The notes beneath the pieces are model-generated. The model searched no databases and was not told the DNA's origin. It worked only from the letters and a program-made list of their open reading frames with translations. Positions 1 through 7,545 of a stretch of DNA of 13,437 nucleotides are shown one piece after another. Numbering within the stretch: position 1 is the stretch's first letter; each line of letters starts with the position of its first letter. The translations under genes and the position numbers were made by a program. The stretch is from Nitrososphaerota archaeon (GTDB lineage Archaea > Thermoproteota > Nitrososphaeria > Nitrososphaerales > Nitrosopumilaceae), in contig NVWC01000018.1 of NCBI GenBank assembly GCA_002317795.1, forward strand, positions 16,713-30,149. Direction: 5' to 3'.

Positions 1-498
1 CCTCAATTAACTGCAGTAATGGATTGTGCAAAAGTTGGTTTGGATCATGGAGTACCAATAATTTCTGATGGCGGTACAAGAACTTCTGGTGATGCTACAA
101 AAGCATTAGCATCTGGAGCTTCATCTGTAATGGTTGGAAGTATGCTTGGAGGTACTGATGAATCACCTGGTACAGTTTTAACTAAAAATGGAAAACGCTT
201 TAAAATTTATCGTGGAATGGCTTCTCTTGGTGCTTCACTTGGTAGAAAATCAAAAGAAACAGGTTCATTTTCTTTTGATGATGATCTAAATGATTTTGTT
301 GCAGAAGGAGTTGAAGCTATGGTTCCTTACAAAGGATCAGTAGTTGATATTTTAAAACAACTTACAGGTGGTGTTCGTTCCGGATTAAGTTATTGTGGTG
401 CGCATACTATCCCTCAAATGCAAGAAAATGCAGAGTTTATCAAAATGTCAAGAGCTGGATTTGCAGAAAGTCAACCTCATGATGTTTCTTTAATGTAG
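1..498 (+). CDS. guaB: IMP dehydrogenase, C-terminal part (5' truncated by window edge)
   Basis: Frame is open from base 1 (PQLTAVMDCA...). It has the IMPDH motifs PIISDGG, ALASGASSVMVGSMLGGTDESPG, YRGMAS, AEGVEAMVPYKG, GGVRSGLSYCGA and ESQPHDV. Confidence 0.96.
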   Translation, partial: PQLTAVMDCAKVGLDHGVPIISDGGTRTSGDATKALASGASSVMVGSMLGGTDESPGTVLTKNGKRFKIYRGMASLGASLGRKSKETGSFSFDDDLNDFVAEGVEAMVPYKGSVVDILKQLTGGVRSGLSYCGAHTIPQMQENAEFIKMSRAGFAESQPHDVSLM

Positions 499-563
499 TA
501 AACAATTGTTATTCTAGCTGTTAACCTCTACTTTTTAGTAAGATTTAGTATTTTTACTAATTT

Positions 564-1694
564 GTGTTAGAATCAAACATTGAAAAACTAATTTCAGGAT
601 ATCTCGATTCTGTTTATGTAATATCTCATAGTCAAGCTTCAGTAGACTGTTACAAATCTGGTCTGAATCATTTCAACAAGTTTGTTCAATCAAAATATGA
701 AAAATCTCTAGAACAAATTCTTACTGCACTGAAAGATGATTCTATTGATAGATACAAAATATTTCAAGAATATGTAATCTATTTGGACAAGGAAGGAAAG
801 AAACCATCTTCAATCAAAATATTTGTGATAGCTCCAAAAGGCTTTGTAAAATATTGTGGCATCAAATTGTATAATGAAGACTTCAAAATGTCTGTAAAAC
901 TACCAAAAAGAATCCGTCAACGAGAAGAACCACTTACAAAAGAGATCATACTTCGATTACTCAATAATGTTTCAGCCAAGCTTAGAACCATTATCTTGGT
1001 TACCTCTTCTAGTGGAATGAGAATAGGCGAAACCACTCAATTGAAATTATCTGATATTGATTTTGATTCAAAACCAACTATGATTAGAATATGTGGTGTT
1101 ACTACTAAAACTCGAGAGTCTAGGGAAACTTTTCTTACTACTGAAGCTACAAATTCACTCAAAGACTATCTGACTAGATATTTTGATTGGAAAGAAAATG
1201 AGCCTAACAATTTACAAGATCTAGTGATTTTTGGAAGAACCTCAAAATCAAGAAAATCTATTGATGAGAGAAAGACAACTTTTCAGAAATCTAATTCTAG
1301 TGTATTGACTAATTCACTAAGAAGACATATTGAGAATATTCCTGAATTATCAAAACTTAATGAAAATGGACGCCTAATGGTGCATTTTCACGCCTTTCGC
1401 AAGTATTTCAGAACTGTTGTAGGTAATGCTGTAGGCAGAGATTTTGCAGAAGCTCTAATGGGACATCACTTCTATCTTGATACTTACTATAATTTGTCTG
1501 AGGAGAAAAAACGAGAAATGTATCTTCAAGCAGAACCGTTTCTTACAATTTCAGATTATGCACAAATTGAAAAAGATCTTCGTAGTGTAAAACAAAAACA
1601 AAAACAAATTGAAGAACAACACTTGGATCTAATTCAACTTATTCAAGAAGAACACGTGAAGCTTCCTGCAAGCTTACAAAAGTATGTGAAATAA
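564..1694 (+). CDS. Tyrosine recombinase / site-specific integrase 1
   Basis: Catalytic set is complete: R (SGMRIGE), K (TTKT), HxxR (HAFR), H (LMGH), Y (YLDTYY). It has an N-terminal core-binding region and a C-terminal coiled-coil tail. GTG start. Confidence 0.93.
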   Translation: MLESNIEKLISGYLDSVYVISHSQASVDCYKSGLNHFNKFVQSKYEKSLEQILTALKDDSIDRYKIFQEYVIYLDKEGKKPSSIKIFVIAPKGFVKYCGIKLYNEDFKMSVKLPKRIRQREEPLTKEIILRLLNNVSAKLRTIILVTSSSGMRIGETTQLKLSDIDFDSKPTMIRICGVTTKTRESRETFLTTEATNSLKDYLTRYFDWKENEPNNLQDLVIFGRTSKSRKSIDERKTTFQKSNSSVLTNSLRRHIENIPELSKLNENGRLMVHFHAFRKYFRTVVGNAVGRDFAEALMGHHFYLDTYYNLSEEKKREMYLQAEPFLTISDYAQIEKDLRSVKQKQKQIEEQHLDLIQLIQEEHVKLPASLQKYVK

Positions 1695-1695
1695 T

Positions 1696-2031
1696 ATGGG
1701 TCTTGAAGGTTTTTTTGTTGATGCATGTGTTCCACAAGGAGTTAAAGAATTATCTTCTGAACAATATTTGTCTAGTATTGATGTTCTTTCCCGTGACGCC
1801 TCTGATGATTGTATTTTTGAAGAAGCAAAGAAACGAAATAGAATTGTTATTACAAAAGATATTGGTTTTGTAATTCGAACATTAATTAAAAATGAAAATA
1901 TTATTCTTCAAACTTTTGATGGAAAACGTATTCTTTTATCTGGAATTACTATTGATGAAAACTGTCCTTCCAAAAGTCCAGACAAACGTACAAAATATTT
2001 GATTAAAAATAATGAAATCATGATTCCTTAA
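1696..2031 (+). CDS. DUF5615 / Mut7-C-like PIN-domain protein (putative RNase toxin)
   Basis: FFVDACV ... ASDDCIFEEAKKRNRIVITKDIGF matches the FLxDxx...D..I...A....RI.IT.D..F pattern of this PIN-like family. Confidence 0.72.
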   Translation: MGLEGFFVDACVPQGVKELSSEQYLSSIDVLSRDASDDCIFEEAKKRNRIVITKDIGFVIRTLIKNENIILQTFDGKRILLSGITIDENCPSKSPDKRTKYLIKNNEIMIP

Positions 2032-2203
2032 ATGGATATTGTGGCAATTCTTGCCAACTCTAGGTTACACTTTTTGTCATCAAAAATCCAAAATTAGGCA
2101 TACTATACATTTACATAATTTCTAGAAACACATCACTTGATTTCATTTTGGTAATATTCTGTATGTTTAGATTTTCATTAATACTCACAATCATAATATT
2201 TAC

Positions 2204-2410
2204 ATGGCTAGCACAGGTGTTGAACTAGATAAAATTACTACAAAACAATTTGATGATTTTTTGATTATTCCATTTTCAAAAGAATGGCTTTCTTTGAATG
2301 ATGGTAAACAAATTGAATTTTCAATTCATGTAACAGAAAATAATTTGGTCCTATCCGGAAAGCTGGCTAGCTTGGATAGAACCAAGGATGTTGATACTAA
2401 TGTTATGTGA
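2204..2410 (+). CDS. Small AbrB/MazE-like (swapped-hairpin) DNA-binding protein, putative
   Basis: DDFLIIPFSKEW...DGKQIEFSIHVTENNLVLS resembles the AbrB pattern (I.IPK.W....G..VEF......L.L). Pattern recognition only. Confidence 0.5.
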   Translation: MASTGVELDKITTKQFDDFLIIPFSKEWLSLNDGKQIEFSIHVTENNLVLSGKLASLDRTKDVDTNVM

Positions 2411-2654
2411 ATTAAATCATAAAAAAGTAGCATTAGATTACTCATTTTATTCAGTAAAAATACGTCTAAAATGTCCATTTTGTGCCTACAATTCAACTAA
2501 AAAATCCATTACTTACACAACTCTGAGACAATTAGTATTTCATATATCCAATCAACATGATAACGAGGGTAACTATTACCAATTTTCATTTCATGATATC
2601 AAATTTTTGATGCAAATGATTGCACTTTCAAAAGAATGGAGATTATTAGATTGA
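2388..2654 (+). CDS. C2H2-type zinc-finger protein
   Basis: CPFC-x14-LRQLVFHISNQH motif. It overlaps the upstream ORF; the real start may be ATG 2400. Confidence 0.6.
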   Translation: MLILMLCELNHKKVALDYSFYSVKIRLKCPFCAYNSTKKSITYTTLRQLVFHISNQHDNEGNYYQFSFHDIKFLMQMIALSKEWRLLD

Positions 2655-2714
2655 AATTAAAAATTAAAACGAAACCCGTTTGGTATCCTGTAATTAAAAG
2701 AGAATTTCCTGAAG

Positions 2715-4430
2715 ATGAAAAAGATTGTGGATATTGAAACTATGACTCTAGAAGAAGAAAATAAATTTAAAAATGAAAAAGGTTTTGATTTATCTTTTGT
2801 AATTGAAGAACTACAAAAGATACCAAATGCAGCAAAAGAAAAAATGAATCATTCAAAGAAGAGACCAATTACTCTAATTGAGGATTATCTGAATACAAAA
2901 ATTAAAAATGATCTACTACTTGTAAAAAGACTTCTCAGAGTTTATTTTTCTGCATACACTAATGAACCCATTAATTGCATTTTATTATCTCCAACTTCAG
3001 AAGGAAAGACATACTCTACAGTTCAGGTTTCAGAAATTTTTCCAAAAGATGATGTCATTAGTATAGGTAGGTTATCTCCTACCGCATTAATTCACCAATA
3101 TGGGGAATTAGTTGATCCAGATGGTTATCCTCTTAAAGAACGATTGGAAAAATTAGAACTAGATATTTTCAACGCTGAATCTGAACAGGATAAAAAATCA
3201 ATTCATGAGTTAAAACAAATCAAAACAGACATGATGAAAACTGCTAAAAATTTGGTTGATCTTACTCATAAAATTATTTTATTTCTAGATAACCCTAGTC
3301 CTCAAACTTATGAGATGCTCAAACCTATAATGTCTCATGACAAAAAAGAGATTCTTTACAAGACTACAAAAAGTGATGGTTCTTTGAGCGTAAAAGAGAC
3401 CATAATCAGGGGATGGCCTGCAACTATAATCTGTTCTGCCAAAAATGAAGCAAAAAATGAGGTATGGGCTGAAATTGCGTCAAGGGAAATTATCCTTTCT
3501 CCGAATACTGATGTAACAAAATATCATGCAGCAAACAAACTCACTTCTCAAAAAATGGGAATGCCTTCAATTCTAGAAAACAACAATAATGAAAAAAGAA
3601 TAATTGAGTTTTATGTTGAGAGATTACGATCATCTCTAGTAAAATTATGTGTTGATGGTAATCCTATAGTGAATCCATTTTATGAAATGTTGGCAGATTT
3701 GTTTCCTCATAATGAAGGAATTACAATGAGGCATTTCAAAAGATTGTTATCATTTGTAAACATTGAGACTTTGGTAAATGCAAAATCCAATATGAAGATA
3801 GAATTTATGCTCCATGAAAGAAAAGAAAAGAAAGTTTTTGTTGTTACATCATTAAAGATGATTGAAGATGCAATTAAGATATTGGGAAATATTTCAACCA
3901 TTGCACCAGAAAAAATAAAATTTTACAATGAAGTTTTTCTTCCATTAATCCAAGAAAAATCAACAACACAAATTTCACTTGGTGAAGATCCTCAAAGAAG
4001 ATTGGCTGAGACATTAGATAACATAACTGTAACAAAAGAAGAAGCTGCAGAAAAATTTACCAAAGTATTTCATAAAGTGATAACTCCTAAAGCAATTCAA
4101 GAATACTATTTGAAACAATTATCCGATGAAGGAATCCTTGATTGGAAAAAGAATGAGGATAACAAAAAACAATATCTTTATTTTCTTTCTAGTAAATTAT
4201 CCATTCATAATTTGACAACTGTCGTACGACAACTAAACGATAGACACGACAAAGATTTTCTATACGTATGGTCATGCCTAGTGAAACCTTTTCAATTGTC
4301 GTGTAAAATGGGGAAAATGATTAGGATATTTGATAACTCAAATTCAAACATCACATATCAAGAATTCAAAAAGAAAATTTCTGGTAGTATTCTAGATTTA
4401 CACGACAATCAAGGAGATAAAAATGACTGA
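2715..4430 (+). CDS. AAA+/P-loop ATPase with C-terminal winged helix; putative replication helicase/initiator of the element
   Basis: Walker A-like ILLSPTSEGKT, Walker B-like IILFLDN, sensor-1-like GWPATIICSA, Arg-finger-like EIASR, and MRHFKRLL. C-terminal wHTH-like segment TKEEAAEKF...IQEYYLKQLSDEGILDW. No primase domain is visible. Confidence 0.7.
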   Translation: MKKIVDIETMTLEEENKFKNEKGFDLSFVIEELQKIPNAAKEKMNHSKKRPITLIEDYLNTKIKNDLLLVKRLLRVYFSAYTNEPINCILLSPTSEGKTYSTVQVSEIFPKDDVISIGRLSPTALIHQYGELVDPDGYPLKERLEKLELDIFNAESEQDKKSIHELKQIKTDMMKTAKNLVDLTHKIILFLDNPSPQTYEMLKPIMSHDKKEILYKTTKSDGSLSVKETIIRGWPATIICSAKNEAKNEVWAEIASREIILSPNTDVTKYHAANKLTSQKMGMPSILENNNNEKRIIEFYVERLRSSLVKLCVDGNPIVNPFYEMLADLFPHNEGITMRHFKRLLSFVNIETLVNAKSNMKIEFMLHERKEKKVFVVTSLKMIEDAIKILGNISTIAPEKIKFYNEVFLPLIQEKSTTQISLGEDPQRRLAETLDNITVTKEEAAEKFTKVFHKVITPKAIQEYYLKQLSDEGILDWKKNEDNKKQYLYFLSSKLSIHNLTTVVRQLNDRHDKDFLYVWSCLVKPFQLSCKMGKMIRIFDNSNSNITYQEFKKKISGSILDLHDNQGDKND

Positions 4431-4476
4431 ATTTAGGCATAAAATTCATCAAAATACCATTTGTTCTGTTTGTCGT
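4214..4476. repeat. Cluster of ACGACAA motifs including a 13-bp inverted repeat
   Basis: ACGACAA occurs at 4226(+), 4246(+), 4296(-), 4402(+) and 4470(-). Palindrome TGTCGTACGACA at 4220-4231. ATTGTCGTGTAAA (4295-4307) is the exact reverse complement of TTTACACGACAAT (4397-4409). Confidence 0.6.
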
Positions 4477-4518
4477 ATTTCAATCGTAAATCAACAAGGA
4501 GATCCTGTCAATTGTTAG
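4423..4518 (+). CDS. 31-aa mini-ORF with CxxC (MTEFRHKIHQNTICSVCRISIVNQQGDPVNC)
   Basis: SD-like AAGGAGA at 4411-4417. It overlaps the ATPase stop and the probable TTG start of recombinase 2. Not in the ORF track. Confidence 0.35.
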   Translation: MTEFRHKIHQNTICSVCRISIVNQQGDPVNC

Positions 4519-5432
4519 TTGAACAAAAACTAGATCAAATTCTTCAGGAACTACAACTAATCAAAAATCATCTCAAGATTGTACCTGACAAGGATCTTGA
4601 AATCAAAGATCTTAAATCAAGTATATCTGAATATGAAACATTTGCAAAAGACGAACTAAAACTAAATGCAAAAACAATAACCAATCAACTTTCTACTCTT
4701 TCTAGATTTTTACATCATTGTAAGGGTTCAGTTAACAAAGAATCTGTAAAATCTTATCTGAATTCTAATGATTCTGATTCTTGGAAATCAAATCAACTAA
4801 AGGCTTTACGAAGATATTGTAGAGATTTTCTTCACTTGGGAAATTGGATTAATGAATTTCAATTTTTAAAACCAAGGGCAAAAATAAAGAAAATTCCTTC
4901 AGACTCAAAACTAGTTTCATTTTTCCTTGAGTTAGAAAATCAAGAACAATTAATTTTTCTGACGTTGTTAAACACTGGATTTCGTATAGGCGAAGTACTA
5001 GATCTTAAGATCAAGAACATTGATTTTGAAATCAACATGATGGATGCATCAAATATTCATGAAGGTGATACTAAACATTCATGGATTAGCTTTGTAACTA
5101 GTCAGACAATTGATTTTATCAATGAATATCTTAGTGAAAGATTCTCTGATGGAATAGATCCTGAAGCAAATCTATTTACAATTCATTCAAGATCACTTCA
5201 GAACACATTCAAGAGTATATCTAAAAAAACTGGAATTGTTATCAATCCTCATCTATTACGAACTATCTTTTCTGAAAAATGTACTAAAGCTAATCTCAAA
5301 GACAAGTACATTGATGCATTTTGTGGTAGAGTATCCCAAGGTGTTCTAGCTACAAACTACACAGACTATTCCTCTGAAGCTCTTAGAGTACAATATGATA
5401 AAATAGAATCTCTTTTGGAATTAGATTTGTAG
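4512..5432 (+). CDS. Tyrosine recombinase / integrase 2 (archaeal type with GR in place of LGH)
   Basis: R (TGFRIGE), K (GDTKH), HxxR (HLLR), IDAFCGR and catalytic Y in LATNYTDY. The ORF track starts it at 4461, but TTG 4512 follows an SD-like AAGGAGA (4496-4502) and is the more likely start. Confidence 0.9.
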   Translation: MLVEQKLDQILQELQLIKNHLKIVPDKDLEIKDLKSSISEYETFAKDELKLNAKTITNQLSTLSRFLHHCKGSVNKESVKSYLNSNDSDSWKSNQLKALRRYCRDFLHLGNWINEFQFLKPRAKIKKIPSDSKLVSFFLELENQEQLIFLTLLNTGFRIGEVLDLKIKNIDFEINMMDASNIHEGDTKHSWISFVTSQTIDFINEYLSERFSDGIDPEANLFTIHSRSLQNTFKSISKKTGIVINPHLLRTIFSEKCTKANLKDKYIDAFCGRVSQGVLATNYTDYSSEALRVQYDKIESLLELDL

Positions 5433-5720
5433 CTGTAGCTACAAAAGCTTCAATTTGAAACATTTTCTGACACAAATCTTGTAGCTGTTTTGAAACATGT
5501 CTCAGATGTATCTACTTTGTAGCTATGTTTCTAGGCGTAACACTTAGCTACATTTTGAAAAATGTTGTGAGGTAAAGCACTTCATGTATCTGTTTGTAGC
5601 TGTTTGTAGCTGTTTGTAGCTGTTTGTAGCTGTTTGTAGCTGTTTGTTGCTCACAACACTCTGCTTTGTAGCTGATTTCATATGTTTCACTTCATGAATC
5701 TAGTTGAATTTTGTAGCTGA
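5426..5720. repeat. TGTAGCT repeat field including a 10-bp tandem array (TGTTTGTAGC x5 plus variants)
   Basis: Five exact tandem units at 5591-5640 and a variant TGTTTGTTGC at 5641-5650. TGTAGCT also at 5428, 5434, 5480, 5518, 5667 and 5712; reverse copies at 5437 and 5546. Palindrome TTTGTAGCT-GT-AGCTACAAA at 5426-5445. Confidence 0.95.
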
Positions 5721-5748
5721 TTCCTAGTCACAAAATTTAGCTTCATGT

Positions 5749-5776
5749 TTGCATAATCTATAGTAGGATTGTGAAA
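5749..5776. other. 11-6-11 putative recombination site A
   Basis: TTGCATAATCT ATAGTA GGATTGTGAAA. Confidence 0.65.
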
Positions 5777-5831
5777 GAATGGTAAATTGTATTGGAACAT
5801 GTGTTATTGATTATTTTTAGGGTCGACCTTT

Positions 5832-5859
5832 TTTCATAACCCTTAGGTAGAATACGTAA
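5832..5859. other. 11-6-11 putative recombination site B
   Basis: TTTCATAACCC TTAGGT AGAATACGTAA. Confidence 0.65.
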
Positions 5860-5912
5860 ACTTTGTGACTAGTATTAAATTCAGTATTCTTAAAATTTTG
5901 TACAACCTTTTT

Positions 5913-6065
5913 CTACTTGAGGCCTTTACGTAAAATTTTGTTTATAGTATCTGAATAGCTTACTGATTTTGTAGATTGCATGTTTAGTTTTGCTTGGAGT
6001 AATTTTAATTTCTTATCCAAATCATCATCCATTACAACTGAACACTTTTTGCCATCCTTATTCAC
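5913..6065 (-). CDS. Small ribbon-helix-helix-like DNA-binding protein (50 aa; possibly frameshifted at the 5' end)
   Basis: Manual translation from GTG 6065: MNKDGKKCSVVMDDDLDKKLKLLQAKLNMQSTKSVSYSDTINKILRKGLK*. It resembles the small thaumarchaeal family with the pattern ..DDDLDKKL...QAK....S.SYS...N..LRK.LK. Not in the ORF track. Confidence 0.65.
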   Translation of the reverse strand: MNKDGKKCSVVMDDDLDKKLKLLQAKLNMQSTKSVSYSDTINKILRKGLK

Positions 6066-6285
6066 TTACGTATTTGTAAAATATCAAACAATGTATGCTT
6101 ATTTTGAGCATAACTCTTCTCTTATTCTACTCTTTTCTTAGTATTGTTGATGACTTCTTGGTGGTAGTGCATGAAAGTATTTTCCTTCTGCCACCAATCC
6201 CGATAATTTACTATTTTCTAAATTTTATACGACTTTTTTTATGATCTCTAGATTCATAAATTGTATCTTCTAATATCCACTCATT

Positions 6286-6501
6286 ATGGTTTGCAAAGGA
6301 ATCTGTACTCAACACAAAGCACAAAGAATTCACGGCATAAATCGATACATACAAGGACAAAAGATGTGTTCGGTATGTGCTATTTTCATATATTGGGATG
6401 GAAAACATTGTCCTTGTTGTAATTTTGTATTAAGAACAAAGCCACGCAACTCCAAAAATAGAAGACAATTACAAATAATCCAGACCGTAAAACGAATCTA
6501 A
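6286..6501 (+). CDS. Small Cys-rich zinc-binding hypothetical protein
   Basis: CKGIC...RY..GQKMCSVC......CPCC...LRTKPR, a pattern I recognise from thaumarchaeal small proteins. Confidence 0.8.
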   Translation: MVCKGICTQHKAQRIHGINRYIQGQKMCSVCAIFIYWDGKHCPCCNFVLRTKPRNSKNRRQLQIIQTVKRI

Positions 6502-6511
6502 TCGTATTCTA

Positions 6512-6539
6512 CTACATAATCATTATAGAGATTACGTAA
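6512..6539. other. 11-6-11 putative recombination site C
   Basis: CTACATAATCA TTATAG AGATTACGTAA, in the gap between two convergent stop codons. An extra half-site AATCGTATTCT is at 6500-6510. Confidence 0.7.
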
Positions 6540-6566
6540 ATTTTATGAGTAAACCATGACATTTCT

Positions 6567-6977
6567 TTATTTCAATCTCTTTGTTTTTCTACCCATGAAT
6601 TCTTCAAAGGTTCGTGATTTCTTATCTTTGAATACAACTTGAGGATAATGAAATATAGAATATGCTGCCATCTGTTCTAGAATGGGTTCTACTGACTTTC
6701 CTTTTGTAGTTACAACATATTCTACTCGTGGCGGGGTTTCGTTGAAGGATTTTCTAGTGATTAACCCATTTTCTTCCATTTCTTTTAGACGAATGGAAAG
6801 AATTTTTGTATTAATTCCCTCAATGTCATCCATAAATTCGTTAAACCGTTTTTGTTTTAGTAAAAGCATATTTCGTAAAATATGAATGGTGAATTTTTTT
6901 CCCAATATTCTAAAAGTTTGATCAATTGGACACCACTTTGTATCTTGAATTAAATGTTCAACTTCTTTTTCTTTCAT
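6567..6977 (-). CDS. HxlR-family (DUF24) winged-helix transcriptional regulator
   Basis: WCPIDQTFRILGKKF...KRFNE...GINTKILSIRLKEMEENGLITRK...PPRVEY..T.KG. Confidence 0.93.
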   Translation of the reverse strand: MKEKEVEHLIQDTKWCPIDQTFRILGKKFTIHILRNMLLLKQKRFNEFMDDIEGINTKILSIRLKEMEENGLITRKSFNETPPRVEYVVTTKGKSVEPILEQMAAYSIFHYPQVVFKDKKSRTFEEFMGRKTKRLK

Positions 6978-6989
6978 ATTGAATTCTAT

Positions 6990-7042
6990 TACTTACCATT
7001 ATTCTACTACTTGGTTTTAATACTTACCTTTTTACAGTATTA
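6990..7042. promoter_or_regulatory. Candidate HxlR operator region in the divergent promoter
   Basis: Direct repeat TACTTACC at 6990-6997 and 7021-7028. Inverted repeat TAATACT-N11-AGTATTA at 7018-7042. Confidence 0.35.
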
Positions 7043-7044
7043 TC

Positions 7045-7350
7045 ATGAATAAACCCACTGTTGAATTGGTACAATTCAAGCTAAAAGATGGAATAGACGA
7101 AGATGCTCTGTTAACTGTCACAAAAGAAAACATGGAATTTGTAAGAAAGCAAAGTGGATACATAAGAAGAGAATTAGTCAAAGGCCCAGATGGATTATGG
7201 ATTGACATAGTTCATTGGAAAAGTCTTTCTGAATCTCAAGAATCTGAAAAAAAGTTTTATGAATCATCTGATTGTCAAAATTATTCCAAAATAATTGATG
7301 AGTCTTCTGTGAAATTGACGCGTATGGAACAAGTACTAAATTTTGACTAG
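7045..7350 (+). CDS. ABM-like dimeric alpha/beta-barrel protein (antibiotic biosynthesis monooxygenase family)
   Basis: VELVQFKLKDG...FVRKQSGYIRRELVK...WIDIVHWKSL. Divergent from the HxlR gene. Confidence 0.75.
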   Translation: MNKPTVELVQFKLKDGIDEDALLTVTKENMEFVRKQSGYIRRELVKGPDGLWIDIVHWKSLSESQESEKKFYESSDCQNYSKIIDESSVKLTRMEQVLNFD

Positions 7351-7424
7351 TGTTTCCAAAAGGAAATCCACTCTATTTTATTTTTTATAATTGACACTTT
7401 TCGTAATCCTATACAAGAGTAAAC

Positions 7425-7452
7425 TTTCGTAATCTGTAGTTAGATTACGAAA
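7425..7452. other. 11-6-11 putative recombination site D (perfect arms)
   Basis: TTTCGTAATCT GTAGTT AGATTACGAAA; the arms are exact reverse complements. An extra half-site TTTCGTAATCC is at 7399-7409. Confidence 0.75.
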
Positions 7453-7545
7453 AGAATGATTTTAAGATCTAATGTTGTCTAATTATTTGATAATTAAAAA
7501 TGATGATCCAAAATTATTTTAATGGGAATTTTAGATGTGTATATT

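Noticed and set aside
532-544. 12/13 inverted match between 532-544 and 9534-9546 as element ends
   Set aside because: Almost pure A/T, so expected by chance.
3707-3901. Minus-strand 64-aa ORF
   Set aside because: Antisense shadow inside the ATPase gene, with no motif.
5591-5650. CRISPR array interpretation of the tandem repeat
   Set aside because: The 10-bp units are contiguous with no spacers, and there are no cas genes.
6211-6408. Minus-strand 65-aa ORF
   Set aside because: Overlaps the convincing Cys-rich gene on the opposite strand.
6682-6885. Plus-strand 67-aa ORF
   Set aside because: Antisense to HxlR.
7425-7452. Site D as a simple terminator or P-II operator
   Set aside because: Not preferred, though not excluded: siblings keep the arm sequence and fixed 6-bp spacing without keeping base-pairing, and two lie between convergent genes.
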